DNA of 64,000 nucleotides from Asaia bogorensis (GTDB lineage: Bacteria; Pseudomonadota; Alphaproteobacteria; Reyranellales; Reyranellaceae): positions 14,684 through 78,683 of the forward strand of contig CAMDQJ010000002.1 of NCBI GenBank assembly GCA_945905835.1, in the 5' to 3' direction. Below the pieces are notes generated by a model that did not search any database, was not told where the DNA came from, and worked only from the letters and a program-made list of their open reading frames with translations. Shown here piece by piece: positions 9,497 through 18,220 of this stretch (within the stretch, counting starts at the first letter, position 1; each line of letters starts with the position of its first letter). A program made the translations under genes and the position numbers.

Positions 9497-10885
9497 TGGC
9501 CGCAGCGCTGCCCGTCACACTGGCCAACATGCGCGCAGCGGCGGCGCGCATCAAAGGCCCCGTCGTGCGCACGCCGACCCTGCGCAGCGAGACGCTGTCG
9601 CGCCTGGCCAAGGCCGAGATCTGGCTGAAATTCGAGAACCTGCAATTCACCGCCTCGTTCAAGGAGCGCGGGGCGCTGAACACGCTGCTGCAGCTCTCGG
9701 CCGATGAACGAAAACGCGGCGTCATCGCCATGTCGGCCGGCAACCACGCCCAGGGCGTCGCCTATCACGCAGGCCGGCTGGGCATTCCCGGTCACCATCG
9801 TCATGCCCTCCTTCCCGCCCAACACCAAGATCAAGCACACCCGCTATCACGGCGCGCGCGTCGTGCTTTTAGGCGACACGCTGTCGGAGGCCGGCGCCGA
9901 GGCGCATCGCCTAGCCGATAAGGAGCATCTGGTATTCGTGCATCCCTACGACGATCCGCGGATCATCGCGGGCCAGGGCACGACGGCGCTGGAAATGCTC
10001 GAGGACGCGCCGGAGCTCGATACGCTGATCGTTCCCGTGGGCGGTGCCGGGTTGATCGCGGGCTGCGCTGTTGCGGCCACGGCGCTAAAGCCCGACCTGC
10101 AGGTGTTCGGCGTTGAGGCCGCCGGCTATTCGGCGCTGCGCCTGCTCCTGGCCGGCGAGGCCGTGGCAGTCGGCGGCGACACTATCGCCGAGGGCATCGC
10201 CGTGCGCGATATCGGTGCGCTGCCGCTAGCCATCTGCACGGCGTTGGTGACCGCTGTCGTGAGCGTCGGCGAGGTCGCGATCGAGCGCGCGGCAACGCTT
10301 TAGCTGGAAGTCGAGAAGACGGCGCCCGAGGGCGCCGGCGCGGCCGGCCTCGCTGCCCTGCTGAGCCATGGCGAACGCTTCAAGGGCCGTCGGGTCGGGC
10401 TGGTGCTGAGCGGCGGCAACATCGACACCCGCCTGCTGGCCTCGGTGCTGCTGCGCGTGCTGGTGCGCGACGGCAGGATCGTGCGGCTGTGGCTGATGAT
10501 CGGCGACCTGCCGGGCCAGCTCGCCCGGGTCGCCGGCCTGATCGGCAAGGCCGGCGGCAATATCGTCGAAGTGCAGCACCAGCGGCTGTTCCGCAGCGTG
10601 GTTGCCAAGGCGACCGAGCTCGATGTCACCGTCGAGGCGCGCGGCCGCGGCCAAGTCCGCGAATTGGTGGTGGCGCTGGGGGGCGAGGGATTTACCGTCC
10701 GCGTCCTCGAGGGGCGAACGTCTAATCCAATGCTTCGGCAGCACCCGAAGCATGGCCCGGCCAGAACCGGCGACGGTGGCAGGGATCCGACCGGGAGACT
10801 GCCATGGCCATCACCGTCTTCATCCGTTGCCAGCTCGACCCCTTCAAGCGCGCCGCCTTCGAGGTCTATGCCCAGCGCTGGCTGA
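9496..10885 (+). pseudogene. PLP-dependent threonine ammonia-lyase/dehydratase, disrupted by a frameshift and an in-frame TAG
   Basis: MAAALPVTLANMRAAAARIKGPVVRTPT...FENLQFTASFKERGA...SAGNHAQGVAYHAGRLGIP in frame 1. It continues as VTIVMPSFPPNTKIKHTR... in frame 2 (shift near 9785-9795). TAG at 10301-10303 separates ...VAIERAATL from LEVEKTAPEGAGAAGLAALL. An ACT-like C-terminus follows. The 3' end is uncertain. Confidence 0.8.
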
Positions 10886-11111
10886 AGATCATCCCGAGAT
10901 GCGACAGCGATCTGTTGGGCTACTGGATGCCGCACGAGGGCACCAACAACATCGCGGTGGCGCTGATCTCGTTCGAGAGCCTGGCCGCCTACGAGGCCTA
11001 CCGGGACCGCTTGAAAGCCGATCCCGAGAGGGGTCGGCCAACTTCCAGAGTGCCGAGGAGCAACGGTTCATTCTTGCCGAGGAGCGAACCTTCCTGCAGC
11101 CTGTCGCCTAG
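10804..11111 (+). pseudogene. NIPSNAP family protein, frameshifted near codon 75
   Basis: [32 protein letters not shown]...[17 protein letters not shown] in one frame. The expected C-terminus [26 protein letters not shown] is in another frame (end of ORF 10602..11111). The switch is near 11025-11035. Confidence 0.65.
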
Positions 11112-11162
11112 CGGCGATCCACCGCCTAACAACCCACCGCGGCGCGGGCTACAAGACCGGCC

Positions 11163-12776
11163 ATGGCTGCAGCCCCGAGCTACGTCCCGTCGCCCACGCC
11201 CGACCTCGCCCGCCTCCAGCGGGCGTTGATTTCGGTCTCCGACAAGACTGGGCTGATCGAGCTGGGCAAGGCGCTGGCGGGACACGGCATCGAGATCCTC
11301 TCGACCGGCGGCTCGGCCACGGCGCTGCGCGAGGCCGGCCTGAAAGTCGTCGAAGTGAGCGACCACACCGGCTTTCCCGAGATCATGGGCGGCCGGGTGA
11401 AGACGCTGCAGCCCTCGATCCATGGCGGCATCCTGGCGCGCCGCACCGACGCCGGACACCAGAAGGCGATGTCCGACCACAGGATCGCCGGCATCGATCT
11501 CGTCGTGGTGAACCTCTACCCGTTCGAGGCCACTGTTGCGCGCGGCGCGGACTTCCCTACCTGCGTCGAGAACATCGACATCGGCGGGCCGGCGCTGATC
11601 CGCGCCGCCGCCAAGAACCACGATTTTGTGACCGTCGTCGTCGATCCGGCCGACTACGCCTCCGTTACGGCCGAACTCTTGGCCAACAAGGGTGCCACGA
11701 CCTTGGTGCTGCGCCGCAACCTCGCGGCCAAGGCCTATGCGCGTACGGCGGCCTACGATGCGGCGATCGCCAGCTGGTTCGCCGCGCAGGCGGGTGATGC
11801 TTTCCCGCAGCGGCTGACGATCTCGGCCGAGCGCGTGCAGACGCTGCGCTACGGCGAGAATCCGCATCAGCAGGCGGCCTTCTACTCGGACGGCAGCAAG
11901 CGCCCCGGCGTCACGACCGCGCGCATGGTCCAGGGCAGGGAGCTCTCCTACAACAACATCGGTGACGCCGAGGCGGCCCTTGAATGCGTGGCGGAGTTCG
12001 CCCAATCGGCGGTGGTCGTCGTCAAGCACGCTAATCCCTGCGGCGTGGCGATGGGCGCCGACCAATACGGCGCCTATCTAAAAGCTTATGCCTGCGATCC
12101 CGTTTCGATCTTCGGCGGCATCGTGGCGCTGAACCGCAGGCTCGAGGCCCGGACTGCAGCCGACCTGGCGAAGCTCTTCCTCGAGGTTGTGATCGCGCCC
12201 GACGCGACGCCAGAGGCGCTGGCGATCCTCGCCACCAAAAAGAACGTGCGCGTGCTGCTGGTCGGCAACCTGCCCGATCCGACAACGACCGGCATGACCC
12301 TGAAGAGCGTGGCCGGCGGCTATCTTTTGCAGACCCGCGACAACGGCCACATTAAGAAGAGTGAGTTGAGGGTCGTGACCAGGCGGGCACCGACGGCCAA
12401 AGAGCTCGACGATCTGCTGTTTGCCTTCACCGTCTGCAAGCACGTGAAGTCCAACGCCATCGTCTATGCCAAGGATGGAGCGACGATCGGCGTCGGCGCG
12501 GGCCAGATGAACCGCCGCGATTCTTCGCGCATTGCCGCCATCCGCGCCGCCGAAGCGGGCAAGCTGGCGGGGCTGAAGCAAAGCCCGGCGGTCGGCAGTG
12601 TCGTGGCGTCCGATGCGTTCTTTCCCTTTGCCGACGGGCTTTTGGCCGCGGCGGAAGCCGGCGCCACGGCGATCATCCAACCCGGCGGTTCGATGCGCGA
12701 CCAGGAAGTCATCGACGCCGCCGACGCCGCCGGCCTTGCCATGGTCTTCACCGGGATGCGCCACTTTCGGCACTGA
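11163..12776 (+). CDS. purH: Bifunctional AICAR transformylase / IMP cyclohydrolase
   Basis: 537 aa. [19 protein letters not shown]...[11 protein letters not shown]-like domain and a full-length AICARFT domain. Confidence 0.95.
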   Translation: MAAAPSYVPSPTPDLARLQRALISVSDKTGLIELGKALAGHGIEILSTGGSATALREAGLKVVEVSDHTGFPEIMGGRVKTLQPSIHGGILARRTDAGHQKAMSDHRIAGIDLVVVNLYPFEATVARGADFPTCVENIDIGGPALIRAAAKNHDFVTVVVDPADYASVTAELLANKGATTLVLRRNLAAKAYARTAAYDAAIASWFAAQAGDAFPQRLTISAERVQTLRYGENPHQQAAFYSDGSKRPGVTTARMVQGRELSYNNIGDAEAALECVAEFAQSAVVVVKHANPCGVAMGADQYGAYLKAYACDPVSIFGGIVALNRRLEARTAADLAKLFLEVVIAPDATPEALAILATKKNVRVLLVGNLPDPTTTGMTLKSVAGGYLLQTRDNGHIKKSELRVVTRRAPTAKELDDLLFAFTVCKHVKSNAIVYAKDGATIGVGAGQMNRRDSSRIAAIRAAEAGKLAGLKQSPAVGSVVASDAFFPFADGLLAAAEAGATAIIQPGGSMRDQEVIDAADAAGLAMVFTGMRHFRH

Positions 12777-12872
12777 CGTCGTCGAAGCCGCGCGAACCTG
12801 CGCCAAGTTCGGCCGGCGCCGGGCGACATGTAAGGTGGAGTGATTTTCTAAGAGGGCGGCAAAGAGCGAAAA

Positions 12873-13331
12873 ATGAAGCTCGATCGCAGTGATAGCGCGC
12901 TGCTTTTTGCCTACGGGGTCCTGGCGACCCTCGGCACGGCGACGAGCTGCCTGCTGCTGAACGACGGCGCGGTGCTGATCGCGGCCGGCTGGTTCGGCAA
13001 CGCCTGGGACCTCTATTTCAACCAGATCCCGGCGCGCGCCGTCTCGACCTTGCTGGCCTTCGCTGCCTGGGCGGCGCGCAGCGTCGTCGGATTGGGCTCC
13101 GACACCTACATCGTGCTCGCCCATCTTCTGTATTTCGCCGCACCGCTGGCGCTCTCGGCCCTCAAGCGGACCCGTTTCGAGTTTGCCGCCAAGGACGCGC
13201 GCATCAACATGCGTCTACCGGACGAATTGTTGAGCGCCGTGAAGAGCGAGGCGGCGCGCCAACGCATGCCTTACCAGCGTTTCATCAGGCAGGCGCTGGA
13301 AAGCGCCGTTAGCGCTCGGAAGGGGCGTTAA
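12873..13331 (+). CDS. Hypothetical chimeric protein: multi-TM N-terminal part plus BrnA/CopG-like ribbon-helix-helix tail
   Basis: About 100 hydrophobic N-terminal residues. These are followed by FEFAAKDARINMRLPDELLSAVKSEAARQRMPYQRFIRQALESAV, which resembles RHH antitoxins of the BrnA type. Confidence 0.4.
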   Translation: MKLDRSDSALLFAYGVLATLGTATSCLLLNDGAVLIAAGWFGNAWDLYFNQIPARAVSTLLAFAAWAARSVVGLGSDTYIVLAHLLYFAAPLALSALKRTRFEFAAKDARINMRLPDELLSAVKSEAARQRMPYQRFIRQALESAVSARKGR

Positions 13332-13347
13332 GTCAGCACTTTGGCGG

Positions 13348-13962
13348 TCACGCCGCGCCCAGCAACGCTTGGCGGAAACGATCCTTGAGAAGCGCGCCAT
13401 CCTGCGGCGGCATCACGAACTCGAGCTTCTCGACCACCACCTTCACCAGCCGGAACACCGGGCCCTTCTTGGTGCGCACGTCCTTCACGAGCTGCGCCAC
13501 CTCGCTCGCCTCGCGCACGGTGCCACTGTCGGCGATGCCGCAGCCGCGGGCGATCATGGCAAGGTCGGTGCCGGCGCCGGAATCGGTCGGGCCGTTGTTG
13601 CGCGGGCTGGTGTGCGTCGCCTGGTTGCCGGTTTCGCCGAACTTCTCGTTGTCGAGCACGACGATGGCGAGATTGTCCGGCTGCTGCGCCGCCACGGTGG
13701 CAAGCGAGCCGAGGCTCATCAGCATGTCGCCGTCGCCGGTGACCACCAACACGCGCTTCCTGGGCTGTGCCAGGGCAAGACCGAGGCCCATCGACACCGG
13801 CGCGCCCATGGCGCCCCACAGCGGCATGTTGAGCGGACGGTCGCCCGCTGCGGTGATGTCCCAGTTGGCCGAACCGAGGCCGCCGATGACCAGAAGATCG
13901 TCGGTTGCGCCCTCGAGGATTTGTTTCACCAGCGGCCGCCGCTGGAGCTTGGCTTTGCTCAT
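13348..13962 (-). CDS. Thiamine-diphosphate-dependent decarboxylase, beta subunit (sulfopyruvate decarboxylase ComE-like / phosphonopyruvate decarboxylase C-terminal-half-like)
   Basis: 204 aa with the TPP-binding signature VVTGDGDMLMSLGSLATVA...IVVLDNEKFGETG. Confidence 0.7.
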   Translation of the reverse strand: MSKAKLQRRPLVKQILEGATDDLLVIGGLGSANWDITAAGDRPLNMPLWGAMGAPVSMGLGLALAQPRKRVLVVTGDGDMLMSLGSLATVAAQQPDNLAIVVLDNEKFGETGNQATHTSPRNNGPTDSGAGTDLAMIARGCGIADSGTVREASEVAQLVKDVRTKKGPVFRLVKVVVEKLEFVMPPQDGALLKDRFRQALLGAA

Positions 13963-13964
13963 CT

Positions 13965-14501
13965 TTACTTCTTCTTTCCGAAATCCTTGATGCCAAGCAG
14001 CTTCTGGCGCAGCAACACGGCGACGGCCTGGCCACCGTTGAAGGCCGAGCGCGCGGCGGCGTCGACCGTGGCTTTCACCTCGTCCGCCTTGTCGACCGAG
14101 TAGACCAGCACGCCCATCGCCTCGAGCACCTTGGGCGTGCCCTGGCCCATCGGGTACTGCCAGGAATTGAACTCGCCGTAGTCGCCACGCATGGTGATGA
14201 GCGTCAGGAACGGAAAGCGCAGCGTCTTGGGCACGCCCATCATGTTAATCGTGTTGCCGACGCCCGAGCTCTGCATCAGCATCACTGAGCGCTGACCGCC
14301 CAGCCAGGCGCCCGCGGCAAGCGGAATGCCTTCCTCCTCGGTGGTAAGCGCCAAAGTGCGGATCGAATTCGATTTCTGGCAGAGCTCGATCAACCGGCTG
14401 TGGCCAGCGTCAGGCACGTGAAAGACCTGTTTGATGTCGTGATCCTGAAAGACGTCGAAAATATGGTCCTTCCACTCGGCGGCTTTCAACTCGGTGTTCA
14501 T
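13965..14501 (-). CDS. Thiamine-diphosphate-dependent decarboxylase, alpha subunit (ComD-like, TPP pyrimidine-binding domain)
   Basis: 178 aa, ...VPDAGHSRLIE...TTEEEGIPLAAGAWLGG...MQSSGVGN. Only 2 nt separate it from the beta subunit gene. Confidence 0.7.
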   Translation of the reverse strand: MNTELKAAEWKDHIFDVFQDHDIKQVFHVPDAGHSRLIELCQKSNSIRTLALTTEEEGIPLAAGAWLGGQRSVMLMQSSGVGNTINMMGVPKTLRFPFLTLITMRGDYGEFNSWQYPMGQGTPKVLEAMGVLVYSVDKADEVKATVDAAARSAFNGGQAVAVLLRQKLLGIKDFGKKK

Positions 14502-14511
14502 CGGCTTTCCA

Positions 14512-14946
14512 CTAAAACGGTTTCAGCACCACGAGGAATACGATAGCGATCATCATCAGCGTCGGCACTTCGTTCCACAGCCGATAATGGCCGGCAGGCC
14601 GGACATTTCGGTCTGCCTCGAAGTCCTTCCGCCAGCGGCCGAAGATGTGGTGGACCACCGTGAGGCCGGCCACCAGGACCAGCTTGGCCTGGAACCAGCC
14701 GGCGCTCCACCAGCCGGCCCGCCAGGCCATCCAGAGGCCGAGCGCCCAGACTAGGATCATCGCCGGGTTCATGATGCCGTGCAGCAGGCGGCGCTCCATG
14801 ACCTTGAAGGTCTCGCTCTGCTTCGATCCCTTCTCGGCATCGCAGTGATAGACGAACAGGCGCGGCAGATAGAGCAGCCCCGCCATCCACGAGATGACGG
14901 CAACGATATGCAGGAATTTCAGCCAGGACTGCAGGTCGTCGATCAT
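14512..14946 (-). CDS. hemJ: Protoporphyrinogen IX oxidase HemJ (UPF0093/CopD-like membrane protein)
   Basis: MIDDLQSWLKFLHIVAVISWMAGLLYLPRLFVYH... is typical of HemJ. The start at 14946 lies 1 nt after the hemH stop. Confidence 0.8.
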   Translation of the reverse strand: MIDDLQSWLKFLHIVAVISWMAGLLYLPRLFVYHCDAEKGSKQSETFKVMERRLLHGIMNPAMILVWALGLWMAWRAGWWSAGWFQAKLVLVAGLTVVHHIFGRWRKDFEADRNVRPAGHYRLWNEVPTLMMIAIVFLVVLKPF

Positions 14947-14947
14947 C

Positions 14948-15976
14948 TCACGTTCCCGTCGCGGCGAGCGGACAGGCGGTGTGCGCCAGACCGCACGGCT
15001 TTCTGGCGCCGCCGAAGCATATCGCATCCGGTGGGGCCTGCAGCAGCGCCCGCACCTGGCTGGCAAGACCCGCGATGAACAGCGGATGGGTGCCGACCGT
15101 GGGCACGCGCGTGTAGGACGGCACGCCGGCCTTGCCGGCACGATGGCGGTACTCGATGTCGAGTTCGACCAGGGTCTCGGAGTGCTCCGACACGAACGAC
15201 AGCGGATAGAGCATGACACCCACGCCATCCTTGCCGGCGCGCGCGATCTCCTCGCCGGTCGACGGCCCGATCCACTTCAACGGTCCGACGCGGCTTTGAT
15301 AGCAAACCGCCCAGTCGAGATCGCCGCCGATTTCGGCGGCGATGGCCGCGGCGGTAAGCTCGACCTGCGCCTGGTAGGGGTCGCCGCGCCTGATGATCTT
15401 TTCTGGCAAGCCGTGGGCGGAAAACAGCACGCGTTTCTTGGCCGAACCGGCATCGGCCAGAGCCTGGCGCACAAGAGCGACCGAAGCGGCGATGAAACCG
15501 GCATCGGTCGGAAAGCAGCACACCGTGCGCGTCGATGCCCGCGAGCGCGCCGATTCCTTTTTCCAGGCGGCGATCGAGGAGCCCATCGTTGCAGTCGAGA
15601 ATTGCGGATAGAGCGGCAGCAGCAGGATACGGTCGGGCTCGAAGCGCCGCACGCTTTGCACCACCGAATCGGTCATGGGATGCCAGTAGCGCATGCAGAC
15701 ATAGGCGCGCCATTCATGATCTTTACCGAGCGCTTCTTCCAGCGCCCGCGCCTGCGCTTCCGTCTGGCCGAGGATTGGCGAAGCACCGCCTATCTGGGCG
15801 TAGATCTTCCTGGCTTTGGGAGCGCGGCGACAGGCGATGAAGCGGGCCAGCGGCAGGCGCAGGAACCCCGGCAGGGAAATGATCGCGGGATCGCTGAAAA
15901 GATTGCGCAGGAAAGGTTTTATGGCCTCGGGCGAATCTGGGCCGCCGAGATTAAACAGGACGATAGCAACTTTCAC
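14948..15976 (-). CDS. hemH: Ferrochelatase
   Basis: MKVAIVLFNLGGPDSPEAIKPFLRNLFSDPAII..., 342 aa. Confidence 0.9.
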   Translation of the reverse strand: MKVAIVLFNLGGPDSPEAIKPFLRNLFSDPAIISLPGFLRLPLARFIACRRAPKARKIYAQIGGASPILGQTEAQARALEEALGKDHEWRAYVCMRYWHPMTDSVVQSVRRFEPDRILLLPLYPQFSTATMGSSIAAWKKESARSRASTRTVCCFPTDAGFIAASVALVRQALADAGSAKKRVLFSAHGLPEKIIRRGDPYQAQVELTAAAIAAEIGGDLDWAVCYQSRVGPLKWIGPSTGEEIARAGKDGVGVMLYPLSFVSEHSETLVELDIEYRHRAGKAGVPSYTRVPTVGTHPLFIAGLASQVRALLQAPPDAICFGGARKPCGLAHTACPLAATGT

Positions 15977-17016
15977 TTGATGTCCGGCTTCCAGTTGCGA
16001 ACGATCTCGACGAGTCGTGCGACATGATCGGGCGGCGTTTGCGGCACGACGCCATGGCCGAGATTGAAGATGAACGGCCCGTTGCCGAGCTTGTCGAGAA
16101 TGCGTGCGGCCTCGTCCTCCATGGCGCGGCCGCCGACCACCAGCATCAGCGGATCGAGGTTACCCTGGACGCAGATATGCGGCTGCAATTCCTTGGCCGC
16201 CCAATGCGCGCCGATGCCGGTATCGATCGATAGTGCAGAAAATTCCTGCGGCCGGCGGTACATCAGCGTTGCAGGTCCGACCCCACGCGGAAAGACGATA
16301 ACCGGAGTTTTCGGATGACGCTCGCGCAAGGCGCATGCGATGCGTGCCATCGGTTCGACGGACCAGCGGAACAGCTCACCCTCGGGCAGAATGCCGGCCC
16401 AGCTGTCGAAGATCTGCACTGCATCGGCGCCGGCGGTGGCCTGGTGGCCGAGGTGATCGACGACGGCTTCGATCAGAAGTTCGATCAGCAGACCGAAGGA
16501 TTGCGGATGGGCGAACGCCCATTGCTTCGTCTTGGCGAAGTCGCGGCTGCCGCTGCCTTCGATCATGTAGCAGGCCAATGTGAAGGGTGCCCCAGCAAAG
16601 CCCAGAAGCGCGGTGTCCTTCGGCAACTCGGCGCGTGTGTGTTTGATGGCTTCATAAACCGGCGCCAGATATTCGGGGATGCGGGCCCGGGAGAGCTGGC
16701 CGAACTGAATCGGGTCGGTCAGTGCCTCCAGCTTCGGGCCCTCGCCCTCCTCGAACCAGACTTTTTGGCCAAGCGCATCGGGGATCACGAGGATATCCGA
16801 GAAGATGATGGCAGCATCGAGCCCGAAGCGGCGGATCGGCTGCAGTGTTACCTCGACGGCCTTGTCCGGCGTGTAGCAGAATTCGAGGAACGAACGCGTG
16901 GTCGCCCGCACGGCGCGATATTCTGGCAGGTAGCGCCCAGCCTGGCGCATCAGCCAAACCGGCGGCGTCGGGAATCGAGTACCCGCCAGCGTCGCTAGAA
17001 GTTTGCTCCCGGTCAT
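15973..17016 (-). CDS. hemE: Uroporphyrinogen decarboxylase
   Basis: PPVWLMRQAGRYLPEYR signature, 347 aa. 4-nt ATGA overlap with hemH. Confidence 0.95.
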   Translation of the reverse strand: MTGSKLLATLAGTRFPTPPVWLMRQAGRYLPEYRAVRATTRSFLEFCYTPDKAVEVTLQPIRRFGLDAAIIFSDILVIPDALGQKVWFEEGEGPKLEALTDPIQFGQLSRARIPEYLAPVYEAIKHTRAELPKDTALLGFAGAPFTLACYMIEGSGSRDFAKTKQWAFAHPQSFGLLIELLIEAVVDHLGHQATAGADAVQIFDSWAGILPEGELFRWSVEPMARIACALRERHPKTPVIVFPRGVGPATLMYRRPQEFSALSIDTGIGAHWAAKELQPHICVQGNLDPLMLVVGGRAMEDEAARILDKLGNGPFIFNLGHGVVPQTPPDHVARLVEIVRNWKPDIK

Positions 17017-17351
17017 CGCCTACTCATCGTCTTATCCTCATGCCTACCCTCTTACTCTATTCATAATAGGTAGTAGCAGTAGTAGGGGGTGTGGGGCGCG
17101 GGGATTACCGTCATTCCTCGGTCTTCAACTGGGCGATGTGGATGGCATATGGTCGATTCGCTCCTGATTCGATGCTGATTCCCGATTCGCCCGCTTCCAA
17201 GATTCTTTCATCCTACGTTGATGGGAGTCTGCGTCGTAAAGGTGAGTCGGGTCTCGAATCGCCGATACCGGCGGCAAGCGCCGATCCGTCCCCGTTTTGC
17301 CTGAAGCAATCCTGCATTTCTCCCGCTGTCGGTGTGGAGTAATCTAGCATC
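17017..17351. other. Candidate chromosomal replication origin (oriC) with a GANTC cluster
   Basis: Divergent hemE/DUF299 intergenic region. Eight GANTC motifs lie between 17155 and 17260. DnaA-box-like TTATCCTCA at 17032-17040 and TGTGGATGG at 17137-17145. Comparatively AT-rich stretch at about 17046-17090. parS sites lie about 10 kb away. Confidence 0.5.
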
Positions 17352-18206
17352 GTGGCCAACCGAAATTTCCACGTCCACCTTGTATCTGACTCGACCGGCG
17401 AAACAGTGTCGAGCGTGGCCCGCGCCTGCTTGGTGCAATACGAGGGCATCTACGTTCACGAGCACGTCTGGTCGCTGGTCCGCACGCGTGGCCAGCTCGA
17501 CAAGATCATGCAGGTGATTGAGCGTGACCGCGGCCCTATCCTCTACACACTGGTCGACCAGGATTTGCGCGAGGCGGTGCGCAATCACTGCCGACGCCTG
17601 CAACTACCCTGTGTCGGCGTCCTAGACCAGGCGATGAGCACGCTGTCGGTCCATTTCCATTCCAAGAGCGAGCAGTGGCCGGGCCGCCAGCATCAGCTCG
17701 ACGAGGGCTATTTCGACCGCATCGACGCCATGCACTACACCCTGTCGCATGATGACGGCCAGTCGACCCACGATCTCGAAGACGCTGATGTCATCCTGGT
17801 CGGCCCTTCGCGCACCTCCAAGACGCCAACCTGCGTCTATCTCGCCAACAGGGGCGTGCGTGCGGCCAATGTGCCACTGGTGCCGATGGTGCCGCCACCG
17901 GTGGAATTGGAAAACGCCAAGCGGCCGTTGGTCGTCGGTCTTACCACCGATCCCGAGCGGCTGATGCAGATACGCGTGAACCGGCTGCGGCTCCTGCAGC
18001 AGGAGACCGAGACCGAATATACCGACATGGAGAAGATCGAGAGCGAGCTCCAGGATGCGCGCCGGTTTTACGCCCGCCACAAATGGGTTAGCATCGACGT
18101 CACCCGCCGCTCAATCGAGGAGACGGCGGCGACGATCCTGCAAATGCTGACGGCCCGCCGCGAGGGGCAAGCGAAGGCGTCGTCGTCGGGAGATCCGGCA
18201 AAGTAA
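17352..18206 (+). CDS. Pyruvate, phosphate dikinase regulatory protein-like kinase/pyrophosphorylase (DUF299, PpsR/PDRP family)
   Basis: FHVHLVSDSTGETV and VGPSRTSKTPTCVYLA P-loop. GTG start preceded by GGAG. Confidence 0.85.
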   Translation: MANRNFHVHLVSDSTGETVSSVARACLVQYEGIYVHEHVWSLVRTRGQLDKIMQVIERDRGPILYTLVDQDLREAVRNHCRRLQLPCVGVLDQAMSTLSVHFHSKSEQWPGRQHQLDEGYFDRIDAMHYTLSHDDGQSTHDLEDADVILVGPSRTSKTPTCVYLANRGVRAANVPLVPMVPPPVELENAKRPLVVGLTTDPERLMQIRVNRLRLLQQETETEYTDMEKIESELQDARRFYARHKWVSIDVTRRSIEETAATILQMLTARREGQAKASSSGDPAK

Positions 18207-18220
18207 AAAGGGAGGCAGCC

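Noticed and set aside
14415-14423. Third parS site (CACGTGAAA) inside the ComD-like gene.
   Set aside because: Only one half-site plus the core matches. The left arm (TCAGG versus TGTTT) does not, so it is not a credible ParB site.
17333-17341. TGTGGAGTA as a third DnaA box at the origin candidate.
   Set aside because: It matches only 7/9. It also contains the GGAG Shine-Dalgarno sequence 12 nt upstream of the DUF299 GTG start, which explains it sufficiently.
17091-17342. 83-codon ORF inside the hemE/DUF299 intergenic region.
   Set aside because: It has no Shine-Dalgarno sequence, an atypical composition and no motif. It spans the GANTC cluster and is better explained as non-coding origin or promoter DNA.
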